From: Heteronotia binoei
Lineage: Eukaryota
Direction of reading: 5' to 3'
NCBI RefSeq assembly: GCF_032191835.1
Contig: NC_083231.1
Span: forward strand, 62,310,001-62,374,000
Length of the DNA: 64,000 bases
Shown here: piece by piece, positions 11,807 through 23,004 of the stretch
Numbering within the stretch: position 1 is the stretch's first letter
Layout of the letters: every line of letters begins with the position of its first letter
Notes under the pieces: generated by a model
Seen by the model: only the letters and a program-made list of their open reading frames with translations
Database searches by the model: none
Told to the model about the DNA's origin: nothing
Translations under genes and position numbers: made by a program

Positions 11807-13310
11807 GCCCCAATACACATGAATAAGTTACTCTCTAAAATTTGTTGCATGCATTTTTCCTGTATGATACACAATTTAAAACAGAATAATGAATTGCTTT
11901 GAAGCTCCTTCAGCTATATTTTCCATCAAGTTGGAATAGAAGAACAAATTTTGTGTCTCTTCCTTCTGAGAACAAAATTAGCTGCTCTGAGAGACTGGAT
12001 CTCAACTTTCACAGAATTAACTGCTGATGCATAAGGCTCTTATGCAAATCAGAAGCTGCTCATAGGATTGTGGCTGGCTTCAGAACAAACCTGAGGCCTT
12101 TGAAGTACGTGCAAAGCAGAGCAGTCCTAGCATCATCTTAAGGGTATAAATATTAAATGGAACAAAAGCAAAATAAATTTGGTGGAACATTTTAAAATAA
12201 AGAGACATAATGGTGACCAGGGCCATCTGCAACTTGTTAAGGCACACATAAAGCCAGTCGATATCTGGAGCATAGTTTTAAGTGCAAGCTTTAAAAATAA
12301 AGGTCAGCACGACATGGAAATAGCACATCTTATTGTGACTGCTCTAAATCACCTCAAAAGACAGTTCTGCAGGCTGCCCTTAATTAGAATCAAGGGAAAG
12401 CATAGCATAGTGTCATCTGAATGGTTCCCTTTGTCAGCTTTTTTTTTTTTTTTAAATAGTGGAATAGATGGAGCAGGTAAAAGAAGGCAGAACTGATAAG
12501 GCCCTAAACAAATCTGTGGAGTTAAGTTGGAATAGTATGTATTAGTAAGTGTGTCTGGAACTTTAAAAAAATGCATATAGGTGTGCTCATTTTTCAAAGA
12601 GGAACATCACTTTTCATCAATCTCCATGCCCAAATATAGCCTTTAATTAAAATGATGGCCACAGTCCAAGCACTCAGAATAGGCTGAGTTGTACATGCAT
12701 GATGATGGTGATATTTTCTACTAAGGATCGAAATATTCTAAAACAATTTGAACTTTGGATGTTCAAACTGTTTTAGAATTTTTAACCCTTTGCTTTATGT
12801 CAGACTTGTTATACCTAATCATGGATCTGAATTATATCTGTTTGGGTCCCAAGATACCCCTCCTGCCTGGCTTGAGGGACTAAAGCAGTAGAATCACTTA
12901 CCTTATCCTCAGGATGATGTGGCCATGCTTAATTTTTTTTTAAAAAAATTTAGAAACAATGCTCTAAATTTTGGTAGGGCTATGAGCTCTTTTAGTAATT
13001 GAGTGATTGTAGCCAAAAAGGGTTTTGGAAGTTGTTTGCTTGCTGTGTGTTGTCCTTCTCAGGCTTATTAGAGAAGCGGAGAGCAATGCGCACGCGCTAA
13101 GACTCGGATGCCTCGTCCCCACTCTCCCTAAGAAAACAAAGATACAAGCTGTAAAAGAACGTAATTAAAAGCGGGAGTCATCGAAACTGGCTGCGAGACG
13201 TCTAACATAAGGAGGAGCAGAGTGAAAAGATAAGTGGCTTAAAGATAAGCAAGCTTAAATAAGCAATAATATCAAAGAAAAGGAGGGGAGGTTGAGGAAG
13301 CTGAGATAAC

Positions 13311-14126
13311 ATGGCGGTCACTGTGAAAAGCCTCTCAGAGCAATTAGCACAGTTCCAGACTTTAATGCTTGAATCTCAAGCTAAAGTACATGCAACGTTG
13401 GCTGACTTAACAACACAGATGCAGAGCTTAGGCACAGAACTTAAGGCAGTCGCTGGCGTTGCGACAGAAGCAAAGGCTCTTTCACTGCAAAATAAAGGGG
13501 AAATTGACCTTTTGAAAAAACAATCCACAGAACTTTCAGACCGAAGCAGGAGGAAGAATGTTATCTTCTTTGGCATTTCAGAAGAAGTTAAGTCTTGCGA
13601 TTTAGAGCAAACACTGGTGGATTTGTTATTAGACCAGGGCATGGAGATACAACTAGAAGAAGTAGAACGTGCTCACAGACTTCAAACAAGAAGGCAGGGC
13701 GGGGCGCCCCGCCCAGTTATAATGAAACTAGCAAGAGAGAAACTGCAGCAAAGAGTCCTCAAAACACTTAAAAAAGCTAAAGACTTAACTTTTAAAGGCA
13801 GAAAAGTTTATGTGAAAGAAGACTTTTGTAAAGAAACATTACACCAAAGGTCTCAAATGAAACCCTATGCACAGCAACTTAATCAAAGCGGCATTAAATT
13901 TAGCTGGGCATATCCAGCGTCTTTAGTTATCTACCAGGAGGGAAGAAGACTTTGTGCACGGCACCCTGAAGAGGCACGGGAGCTATTAAAGACATTGGGA
14001 GCAGATGAGAGGAGCAGTGAACCAATGCCTATGGAGGAACCTCACCAACCCCAGTCACAGGAGCAGGACCCAGAAGAAGGAGCATCCACTCGATCGGAGA
14101 AAAGGATAAGACTGTCTCGAGACTGA
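13311..14126 (+). CDS. L1 ORF1p (coiled coil, RRM, CTD)
   Basis: Heptad-rich N-terminus, DRSRRKNVIFFGISE, VERAHRL, PRPVIMKL. Confidence 0.92.
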   Translation: MAVTVKSLSEQLAQFQTLMLESQAKVHATLADLTTQMQSLGTELKAVAGVATEAKALSLQNKGEIDLLKKQSTELSDRSRRKNVIFFGISEEVKSCDLEQTLVDLLLDQGMEIQLEEVERAHRLQTRRQGGAPRPVIMKLAREKLQQRVLKTLKKAKDLTFKGRKVYVKEDFCKETLHQRSQMKPYAQQLNQSGIKFSWAYPASLVIYQEGRRLCARHPEEARELLKTLGADERSSEPMPMEEPHQPQSQEQDPEEGASTRSEKRIRLSRD

Positions 14127-14358
14127 GACATATTAAGGGAAGTATCCAAATAAAAACAAAATGGTTAAATAAGTAGTAACATAACTCGGGAGGGGGGGGA
14201 GTGCGCTTGCTCAAGGTGTAGAGAAGGGATGAGTGATCATCCTCAGTCTATGGCTCTACACAAAGGGGGGGGAGAGATGGGGAAGGGGAGGGAAGAGGTA
14301 TTTGGGAATGGGAAGGGGTACAAAAGTAAACTAGGTATTCAGCCAGGGGTACAAAAGA

Positions 14359-17300
14359 ATGGTAGTTTTCGATCTAAATATGGATAAAACATTAAGGATG
14401 CTGACACTGAATGTCAATGGCTTGGGATCAGACTTAAAGAGATACAAGCTCTCTAGATTCCTTAAACAACAAAATATAGACATAGTTTGGCTCCAGGAAA
14501 CTCATAAATCTAAAAGAGATAAAAGACCCTTGATTAGTGACCCAAATTGGGAAATTTTGGCAGAGGCACGGGGATCAAATAAAGCAAGGGGGGTAGCAAT
14601 CCTAACTCATAAAAGGTATGATATAAAAACAATAGAGGTGATAAGAGATGCTGAAGGGAGATTTGTCATGGTTAAGTGTTTGATTGAAAATAGGTTAACA
14701 TCATTGATAAATATATATGCTCCAAATACAGGACAGAAAACCTTTTTATTAAAAGTTCTAAAAAAAGCTAGTAAATTTATTGAAGGGGAGGTGATATTAG
14801 CGGGGGACTTTAATAAGGATGTTAATAAGGATAAAATAATAAATTGGAGACAATGGAACTTTATTGAAGTATATAAAGCTCTTAAATTGGTACCTGAACC
14901 CACATACTTCTCAGGGAGATATAAAACGACTTCATGTTTAGATTATGTATTAATTAATAGAACATGCAATTGGGAAATTAAAAAAGTTATTACCCACCCA
15001 ATATGGATATCGGATCATGCCCCGATAAGTGTAGAATTTAAAACAACACATAAGCAAACCAAAAGAATATGGAGATACAATAATATGGTTATGGTTAAGG
15101 ATAAGGATAAAAAACATATTATGGAACAAACGAAGCTATTCTTTCAAGAGAATAGAGGTACAGTGGGAACAAATATCTTATGGGATGCAGCTAAGGCGGT
15201 GATCAGAGGACAATGTATTATGAAAGAAAAGGAGATAAAGAAAAAATGGTATGCAGACAGAGAAGGCAGGCTTCAAGAATTAGGTAAACTGCAAAAAGAC
15301 CAAGCTCAGAAGTTTTGCCCCATTAGACACAAGTTAATTAGGGATTTACAGAAAAAACTAGATGATCTAGACTCTATGGCATTATGGAGGAAACAGGTCA
15401 TGGTAAAAAATGAATACCAGAGAAATACTCTTAACTCAGCTAAGAGACTAGCAAATTTTCTAAAAAATAAGAAACAAAGGCAAAGTGTGACAAGTATCAG
15501 AGTGGATAAAAAGCTAACACAGAATTCAGAGGAAATAAAAGCAGCATTTGAGACTTTTTATAAAGATTTATATGGAGAAAAAGGAGTGAAAGATTTTGAA
15601 GAAGAGATAGGAGTAAGGTTGACAGATACAGAGCAGAGAGGATTAGAGGACAATATAACAAGACAAGAGATTGAAAGAGTGATAGATAGTTTAAAGGTAG
15701 GAAAATCTCCTGGACTGGATGGATTTTCAGCAGAATTTTATAAGGAAATGAGAGAAATATTAGTACCAGAATTGCAAGAAGTATTTAATAATATACTTAA
15801 AGGGGGCATAGCTCCAGACACATGGAGAAAGGCAGAAATCACAGTGATTTTAAAACCCCAAAAGGATCCTCAAGAAGTAGGATCATACAGACCAATTAGC
15901 CTATTGAATCAGGATTATAAAATTTTTGCCAAAGTAATGGCCAATAGGCTTAAAAATATTATACAAAAAGTTATAAAAGAAGATCAATATGGTTTTGTAG
16001 AAGGTAGGAACATTGCACATCCAATCCGAAACATAATAAATGTTTTGAGCCATAACAAGTCCGGGAAATTGGCGTTATTGAAGTTAGATGTCTATAAAGC
16101 CTTTGATACATTGTCACATAATTTTTTGTGGACAGTTATGGATAAATATGGGATAAGTCAATCAACAATAAGGGTATTTAAGGAGATATATAGAGAAGGT
16201 ACAGCTGTAGTTAGACTTAATGGAGAACACACGGCACAATTCGCAATCCAGAGGGGAGTTAGGCAGGGATGCCCGATCTCCCCCTTTTTCTTCATAATGG
16301 CAATGGAACAGTTAGCCCAACGTCTCAGAAATTCGGGGAGAATTGAAGGATGTCATTTAGGCAAGGAAGAAATTAAGTTGAACTTGTTTGCAGACGATCT
16401 GATTATAGTCATAGTTAATCCAAAAGAAGCAGTAAAGGAGATACAGATTATATTAGAGGACTTTGAATCAAACTCAGGACTAAAAATTAATATGGCAAAA
16501 TCAGAAATAATGTACATTAATGTAAAAAAAGAGGAAAGGAAAGAGATTCATGAACGAACGGGGATAGGACTAGGGGTCAAGAAAATCAGATATTTAGGAA
16601 TAGACTTAGTCAAAAATGTTAAAAAGTTGGTAGAAAAGAATTATAACAGAATATGGAGTACGATAGTAAAAGATATGAAGAGATGGGGCAAGAAGATGTT
16701 AAACATAACAACCAAGATTAATATAGCGAAAATGTTTTGGACTTCGAAACTACTGTACTTATTCCAAACGATACCTTTAGAAATTAAAAAACAAAAACTT
16801 GATAGTTGGAACGCAAAAATAAAAGAATGGATATTCGGTAGCAAAAAAAGTAGAGTTTCAAGGCATTTCATATATGCGCATAATACAAACATGGGTTGGG
16901 GGGCCCCAGATCTGAGGAGTTATTATGAGTCATTTCAATTAAAAGCATTAATGGAAATAGGAGAGGAAAGGGAGAGGAAGTGGGTAAGAGTAGAGAATGA
17001 AGCAAATAATGGAATAGGGAATTTAGGGGTTTTCACTGGACGCAAGATCAAAGTTAACATATTAGAAACAGGACCGAGGAAAACAGCACTAATGATTTGG
17101 AGAAAATGGCAATTAAAATGGTTAAAGGGAACATCTAAACAAACCCCATTAGAGGCCTTGGATGAAAACAATGACGATAAAGGATGGTGGAGATTACTCA
17201 GTAAAAAAGGGTATAACAAGCTACAAGATATGTTAGTTGGGCAGACACTCAAACCATTGCAAACGCTATACGATGAAATAGGTAGGAAATATTGGCTGAA

Positions 17301-18102
17301 AATAACAGGATTATATAACAGAATTAGGAAGACAATAGAAGACAGATTGGTGACTGAAGGAGAACCAATGGAGGAGTTGTTAAAAGGGATGATAAAAACA
17401 AAGAAAGGGACAGTAGGAAGGATATATAGGAAAATGACGACGGATAAGGAGGAGATAAAAAATTTAGTTAAAAAAAAATGGAGCTCTGAAACTAACTTAG
17501 CAGATAATGTATTTGACAGTCTCAAGAAAGGTATACATCAGCTCAAAACGCATAAATTTAGAGAACTGGAGCTAAAGTTCCTCACAAAATGGTACAGAAC
17601 ACCAGCAGCATTAGCCAATATGTTCCAGGGTTTGAATTCTAACTGTTGGCACTGTGGAAAGAAAAAAGGATGGTATTCCCACATGTGGTGGGAATGCTCA
17701 GAAGTTAAACCCTTTTGGGAAAAGGTAATAGAGCATATCCATAATTTTTTTGCTATAAGACCAACGATAGATCTAGATTTAATGTTCGGGAGCATACTAA
17801 ATAAATACGGAATCAATAAAGAAGGGCTGGATCTATTCAAAGCAATGGTGCTAGCTGGCAAGGCTGTAATAGCCTTTGGCTGGAAGGATAAAACCAAATG
17901 GACGGAGCAAAACTGGCATAATTATTTATTTGAATATGTTCAGTCGGACATTATAGCCATGCTTAATCGTGATGAACAATGGGGGTCAAAAACAAAAAGG
18001 ATAAAGGAGAAATGGTATCCATATTTAAAGTGGTCACTAGAAGGTCAACGGCGGGACATTCGGTGGAAGCTTCTTAATTTGTGCCCCTGGCTAGAAAGTT
18101 GA
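14359..18102 (+). CDS. L1 ORF2p (APE endonuclease, reverse transcriptase, C-terminal Cys/His motif)
   Basis: TLNVNGL, LQETH, NIYAPN, AGDFN, SDHAP; GKSPGLDGF, YRPISLLN, KAFD, GVRQGCPISP, LFADD, YLGI; CWHC..HMWWEC. Confidence 0.96.
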   Translation: MVVFDLNMDKTLRMLTLNVNGLGSDLKRYKLSRFLKQQNIDIVWLQETHKSKRDKRPLISDPNWEILAEARGSNKARGVAILTHKRYDIKTIEVIRDAEGRFVMVKCLIENRLTSLINIYAPNTGQKTFLLKVLKKASKFIEGEVILAGDFNKDVNKDKIINWRQWNFIEVYKALKLVPEPTYFSGRYKTTSCLDYVLINRTCNWEIKKVITHPIWISDHAPISVEFKTTHKQTKRIWRYNNMVMVKDKDKKHIMEQTKLFFQENRGTVGTNILWDAAKAVIRGQCIMKEKEIKKKWYADREGRLQELGKLQKDQAQKFCPIRHKLIRDLQKKLDDLDSMALWRKQVMVKNEYQRNTLNSAKRLANFLKNKKQRQSVTSIRVDKKLTQNSEEIKAAFETFYKDLYGEKGVKDFEEEIGVRLTDTEQRGLEDNITRQEIERVIDSLKVGKSPGLDGFSAEFYKEMREILVPELQEVFNNILKGGIAPDTWRKAEITVILKPQKDPQEVGSYRPISLLNQDYKIFAKVMANRLKNIIQKVIKEDQYGFVEGRNIAHPIRNIINVLSHNKSGKLALLKLDVYKAFDTLSHNFLWTVMDKYGISQSTIRVFKEIYREGTAVVRLNGEHTAQFAIQRGVRQGCPISPFFFIMAMEQLAQRLRNSGRIEGCHLGKEEIKLNLFADDLIIVIVNPKEAVKEIQIILEDFESNSGLKINMAKSEIMYINVKKEERKEIHERTGIGLGVKKIRYLGIDLVKNVKKLVEKNYNRIWSTIVKDMKRWGKKMLNITTKINIAKMFWTSKLLYLFQTIPLEIKKQKLDSWNAKIKEWIFGSKKSRVSRHFIYAHNTNMGWGAPDLRSYYESFQLKALMEIGEERERKWVRVENEANNGIGNLGVFTGRKIKVNILETGPRKTALMIWRKWQLKWLKGTSKQTPLEALDENNDDKGWWRLLSKKGYNKLQDMLVGQTLKPLQTLYDEIGRKYWLKITGLYNRIRKTIEDRLVTEGEPMEELLKGMIKTKKGTVGRIYRKMTTDKEEIKNLVKKKWSSETNLADNVFDSLKKGIHQLKTHKFRELELKFLTKWYRTPAALANMFQGLNSNCWHCGKKKGWYSHMWWECSEVKPFWEKVIEHIHNFFAIRPTIDLDLMFGSILNKYGINKEGLDLFKAMVLAGKAVIAFGWKDKTKWTEQNWHNYLFEYVQSDIIAMLNRDEQWGSKTKRIKEKWYPYLKWSLEGQRRDIRWKLLNLCPWLES

Positions 18103-18548
18103 GCACGCAAGGGAGGGAGGGAGGGATTAGGGAAGAAAAATAGATTGATGAATGTGATAGGAAATCAAATCCTATGTACTAAAACATTCTCATCCCTATC
18201 GTCAGGGCAGGAAAAGCTCGGAAGTGACAAGAATATGAAGGTGAAAGAGAAAATGGACTTAATAAGGCTTAGAAGGAGAAGACTAAAGAACGACGGTACT
18301 ACTTGGAAGCAAGAAGACCTCAATATGGACTGATATAAGAACATTTAAATTAAAAGGACCGAGCAAGAATACCTTGTAAAGGGAGATAGAGATTCAGATG
18401 TATACTCTGTATGAGAAAAAGGATAAGCTCAATGTAAATGACTAAAACAATAAATATATTCATATATAAAAAAATTAGAGAAGCTGTTCACAGCAATATT
18501 TTGCCAGCCTAATAATTAAAAATGGTACAGAGTTGTTGTTTTGTCTAG

Positions 18549-18848
18549 TAGAATATAGTGGGTTCAATGCATTGAAGAGACGGGGTTGCAGTGATCATAG
18601 CTCTTTATTGAGTTACAGCATGGTAACTAGTAGCTAAAGAAGACTGCCTAACTGGGCCAACCGGGCCAACTATATACAGTCCTGGGTTCCCGCACTAGAA
18701 CGCCATTGGATTGTTTGAACCAGCAGGGGGCTTCTGATTGGTCTAGGGCAGTAAGGATTTGGATCCTACTGCTCATTGTTCTAGAGTCCCCAAGCTCATT
18801 TCTCAAGGCTCCAATGAGCCAGGCAGAAACACTGTTGCATACACAACA
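18549..18848 (-). mobile_element. Solo LTR (Gypsy-like)
   Basis: TGTTGTG start on minus, TATATA and AATAAA motifs; flanks TCTAG/TTTAG (5-bp TSD with one mismatch); second copy at 31395-31858. Confidence 0.7.
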
Positions 18849-18944
18849 TTTAGTTTCTAGGCTCAAGATCCAGCCTTCTGTATTGTCTTTCGGAAGTGAT
18901 CTCCACCACCTTTCTAAAGGAACTTTGAGGTTATCGCTCTAGGA

Positions 18945-19496
18945 CAGAGATGTAAAACTCATTTGTTATGAGGGTTGGATCTGACATAAACATCATTTTG
19001 TTGGGCTGGGGCATCTGTGCCATAAAACAGAATGCCAGGTACTGAAGATATAAACTTTATAAATGACACAGGCAAACCCAATTAATAATATTTTTTACAA
19101 AAAACAAAAAAAACCCCAATTGATCCCTAGCAGCAGGCCTTGGATTCAGTGGGAGCTCACAGGAGCACAGCTCCTGAACCTTTCTGACAGTTCCACCTCC
19201 TCCTTCCCACCTTAGTACTAGAATAGTAGGTGCAGCTGCATAACAATCTCTGGATGAGCTCCACCACCTTTTTTTCTACAAAACGACCCCTGCCTAGCAG
19301 TGAAAGCAATTGATTTACTGGGGAACCCATAAACCCCCCAGTAAATGTATTTAATCATATACAAGACTAGGTTTTTTTCCAAGGGATACCATAAGGGGGG
19401 GGGGAGTACCTTACATACATACCGGTTGCTTGTGGACCAGGTAAGGGCCCTGAATGAACCAGTTCTGGCCTCCAGGCCTTATGTTTGACACCCCTG
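18945..19496. mobile_element. Non-autonomous hAT (Charlie-like) element
   Basis: TIR cagagatgtaaaac / gtttgacacccctg; perfect 8-bp TSD CTCTAGGA at 18937-18944 and 19497-19504. Confidence 0.8.
19134..19292. mobile_element. hAT MITE nested inside the previous element
   Basis: CAGGCC...CCCCTG termini; perfect 8-bp TSD CCTAGCAG. Confidence 0.75.
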
Positions 19497-20641
19497 CTCT
19501 AGGAAGTTTACTGCAAGTATCTGATGAGCACAGCTGACAAAATAAACCCTTTCCCAAATAAGTAAAAAAAGATATCTTTATGTGCATGGGTAACCAATTA
19601 CCATGTCACTGCCATTTTGGAAATATGTGAAGGAAATTACTCTGGGTCAACCCATAAATTATTAACTGAAATACTTGGCAAAAATAATATGGATATTTGA
19701 AACAGTATAGGGTACAGAATCTATGGAACCAATATCCCTTATTTAAGATTGTCAGTACAAAAAACATTATTCTGATAAATTATTCTAAAAGAGAAATACA
19801 TTGGAATACTGTGGATATATAACTCTACTTGGTGAAAATGGGAGACAGCCCAGGAAACATAGCAGCATAATTAGAACAATGCCTTCATTGACTCGGAGAT
19901 GTTAAATAGTTTATTCTGGTCCATGAAGGAAATACCGTAGTTAAGGCACAGACCATCAACATCATAAGCAGAGAGGGATTCTGAGGTGCTCCTATCAGAT
20001 ACTGCAAATTTTCATAAGTGATTGTTAGTAATCGTCACACTTAAGCAATGACATCTGCTCAATTCTGTTAGAAGAGATTGGGGGAAATCATCCAATCCCA
20101 CATGTGCTGAGTTGCTTTCAATAAAGCAATAACTGTAGGCCTTCCAACAACAAAGACCTTCAGCATACTTACTTATACTCAAACAGTAAGCAAAACAACA
20201 AGAATACATTGCTGCTCCCCCTAGAATTCAAATGAATTAAATGCATCCTGTGTAAGGATTTACATTAATAAAATTGTTCATGTCACCAACAGGTCTGCCT
20301 ATTGCCAACCCATGACAACATGATAACATATGCTGTTCTATTCCTCTGATATCTTTTTCTTATGCAGATCCTTGTTTTTTCCCCCACAGTACCATTATGC
20401 TTCATCTCTTCTCAAGCATTGCAGCTGCTTTAGAAGGGTGAATGGCTTGTAGAATAATTTCCATTAAAATGAGGCCATCAAAAGGAATTCTAAAGGTCAG
20501 GAGCATCCCCTCTTTCCAACAGGAAACCTAGCAGTTTCATGGATAAAGCACTATACAGAGACAGGAGACATATGGATTTTATTCACTGTTTGCTAAAGAC
20601 TTTCAGGTATGACCTTTTTGTACCCAGGTTTCTCATTTCTA

Positions 20642-20938
20642 GCGGCCCCGTGGTGCAGAGTGGTAAAGCAGCAGTACTGTGGTCTGAAATCTCTGCTCAC
20701 GACCTGAGTTCGATTCCAGTGGAAGCTGGATTCAGGTAGCCGGCCCAAGGTTGACTCAGCCTTCCATCCTTCTGAGGTCGATAAAATGAGTACCCAGCTT
20801 GCTGGGGGGAAAGTGTAAAAGACTGGGGAAGGCAACAGCAAACTACCCCATAAAAAGTCTGCCATGAAAATGTTGTGAAAGCAACGTCACCCCAGAGTCG
20901 GAAAGGACTGGTGCTTGCAAAGGGGACCTTTCCTTCTA
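20642..20938 (+). mobile_element. Sauria-type tRNA-derived SINE
   Basis: A box TGGTGCAGAGTGG, B box GTTCGATTCC, core ggttgactcagccttccatccttc..gaggtcg..aaaatgagtacccagc; 7-bp flanking repeat ATTTCTA. Confidence 0.85.
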
Positions 20939-21861
20939 ATTTCTACAAAAGTTTGGGGACTGGGGGTAGAATAGTTCACACGAACTAATTCAGTCCTAGA
21001 CTATGAATGCTATTTGAGGAAGGTTATTCTGAAAATATATCTGTTTACAGTGCCCAGCGATTCATAATGCCTTCTTCTTATTATTAGGTTGTAATGGCAC
21101 TTTGCAAAGGAAATCATTTATCTTCACTTGGGACCAGGATAAAATAATATGTTTCAGCAGGTTAATTATCAGCATACTATAGAATCTTGTCCAGTGTTTT
21201 TTAAAAATGAAACCATAACTTATTCTGTCATTAAAGTCCTCACAGAAGTTCTGTATTTGAGAATTAAAACAATCTTTTTAGTTATATGTCCGCACAAGTA
21301 ACATTGCAAAAACAAAAGTGCAAGATAATAAGTAGGTGTGAGCTAAAGATCCAATTACTGGGCAGTGTCATTTGTGCAGTTATCAGAATGCTAAGTTTAG
21401 AATAAATGGATGAAGCTTTAGCTATTAAACTGCAGCAATTACCTCGAGTAGCAAACAAATGCTATGCCTGTGCATAACAACAAGATGCATCTATATGGGA
21501 AAAAAAAGAATTAAATCAGATTATTTCACATCAGCATATTGGTGCTTTAGAACTGCAACCCAAGTCTAAGTTTGTGGCTTAGAAAAATCAATATTGTAAT
21601 AGTTCTGCTCCCAGCTTTGTTACTGATTCTGTATGGCTATAGCCAGATGCTGGTTTGGGTGATGTTTTAATAACTTTTAAGTAGCACTGCTTACAAAGCA
21701 GTTTCATATCTAAAACACATATCTGTCAAATTTGTTCCAAAGGAAAGGTAAGAAAAGAGAGCAGAATGATGGGAAAACCACAAGAAGGAGACCCAAGGAC
21801 TGTTCATATGTACTATACAGAGCGATTTTTGTGATGGTACTCACCATGTTTAAGGTTGATT

Positions 21862-23004
21862 GGATTTATGGAGTTAAGGAGAAAGCAAGGGAGTACCGGA
21901 GAAAACATCAACTTCTGCTTCATTGACTATGCTAAAGCCTTCGATTGTGCGGATCACAACAAACTGTGGCAAGTCCTTAAAGAGATGGGAGTACCAGACC
22001 ACCTCACATGTCTCCTGAGAAACCTATATAAGGATCAAGAAGCATCAGTTATAACCGGATATGGAGGAACTGATTGGTTTAGAATAGGAAAAGGAGTATG
22101 ACAAGGATGCATATTGTCACCCTGCTTATTTACTTTATATGCAGAGTACATCATGCAAAATGCCGGCCTGGATGAAGCACAAGCCAGAATTAAGATTGCT
22201 GGAAAAAACATCAACAACCTCAGCTATGCAGACGATACCACTCTAATGGCAGAAAGTGAAGAGGACCTAAAAAGTCTCTTGCTGAGGGTGAAAGAGGAGA
22301 GTGAAAAAGTTGGATTGAAACTCAACATAAAAAAAAATAATATCATGGCATCTGGCACTATCACTCCTTGGCAAATACAAGGGGAAGACATGGAAGTAGT
22401 GACATATTTCACATTCTTGGGATCTAAGATCACTGTAGATGGTGACTGCAGTCATGAAATTAAAAGATGCCTGCTCCTTGGGAGGAAAGCTATGGCAAAC
22501 CTAGGCAACATAATAAAAAGTAGAGACATCACCCTGCTGACAAAAGTCTGTATAGTCAAAGTTATGGTATGCCCAGTAGTAATGTATGGCTGTGAGAGTT
22601 GGATGACAAGGAAGGCCGAGCAACAAAGAATAGATGCTTTCAAACTGTTATGCTGGAGAAGGCTCTTGAGAGTCCCTTGGACGGCAAGGAGATCAATTCA
22701 GTCAATCCTAAAGGATCAACCCTGACTGTTCCCTGGAAGGTCAGATACTGAAACTGAAGCTCAAATACTTTGGCCACCAAATGAGAAGGGAGCATTCTCT
22801 GAAGAAGATCCTGATGCTGGGAAAGATTGAAGTTAGAAGAAGAAGGGGATGGCAAAGGATGAGATGGTTAGACAGTTTTATCGATGCAATGAACATGAAT
22901 TTGAGCAAACTTAGGAGGATGGTGGAAGATAGAAAGGCCTGGCATGATATGGTCCATGGGATCACGAAGAATCAGACTCAACTGTGCAACTGAACAACAA
23001 CAAC
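21862..23004 (+). mobile_element. 5'-truncated RTE-BovB LINE, pseudogenised
   Basis: FIDYAKAFD, INNLSYADDTTLMAESEE, YGCESW, RRRRGWQRMRWLD; tail ctgaacaacaacaac; stops and frameshifts. Confidence 0.92.

Larger units (their letters stand above)
13078..18473 (+). mobile_element. Full-length L1 retrotransposon, apparently intact
   Basis: Two uninterrupted ORFs; CpG-containing 5' UTR; AATAAA plus short A-tail; TSD ATTAGAGAAGC at 13067-13077 and 18474-18484. Confidence 0.95.

Noticed and set aside
14607-17897. Minus-strand ORFs up to 196 aa (14607-14903, 16935-17525, 17538-17897)
   Set aside because: Antisense shadows of the A-rich L1 ORF2; Phe/Leu/Ser-biased with no independent signals.
18145-18333. 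62-aa ORF in the L1 3' UTR
   Set aside because: Short, purine-rich composition explains the lack of stops; no evidence of function.
20642-20720. tRNA gene (also at 30370-30440, 32460-32520, 48190-48235)
   Set aside because: A/B boxes are present but there is no complete cloverleaf; these are SINE heads.
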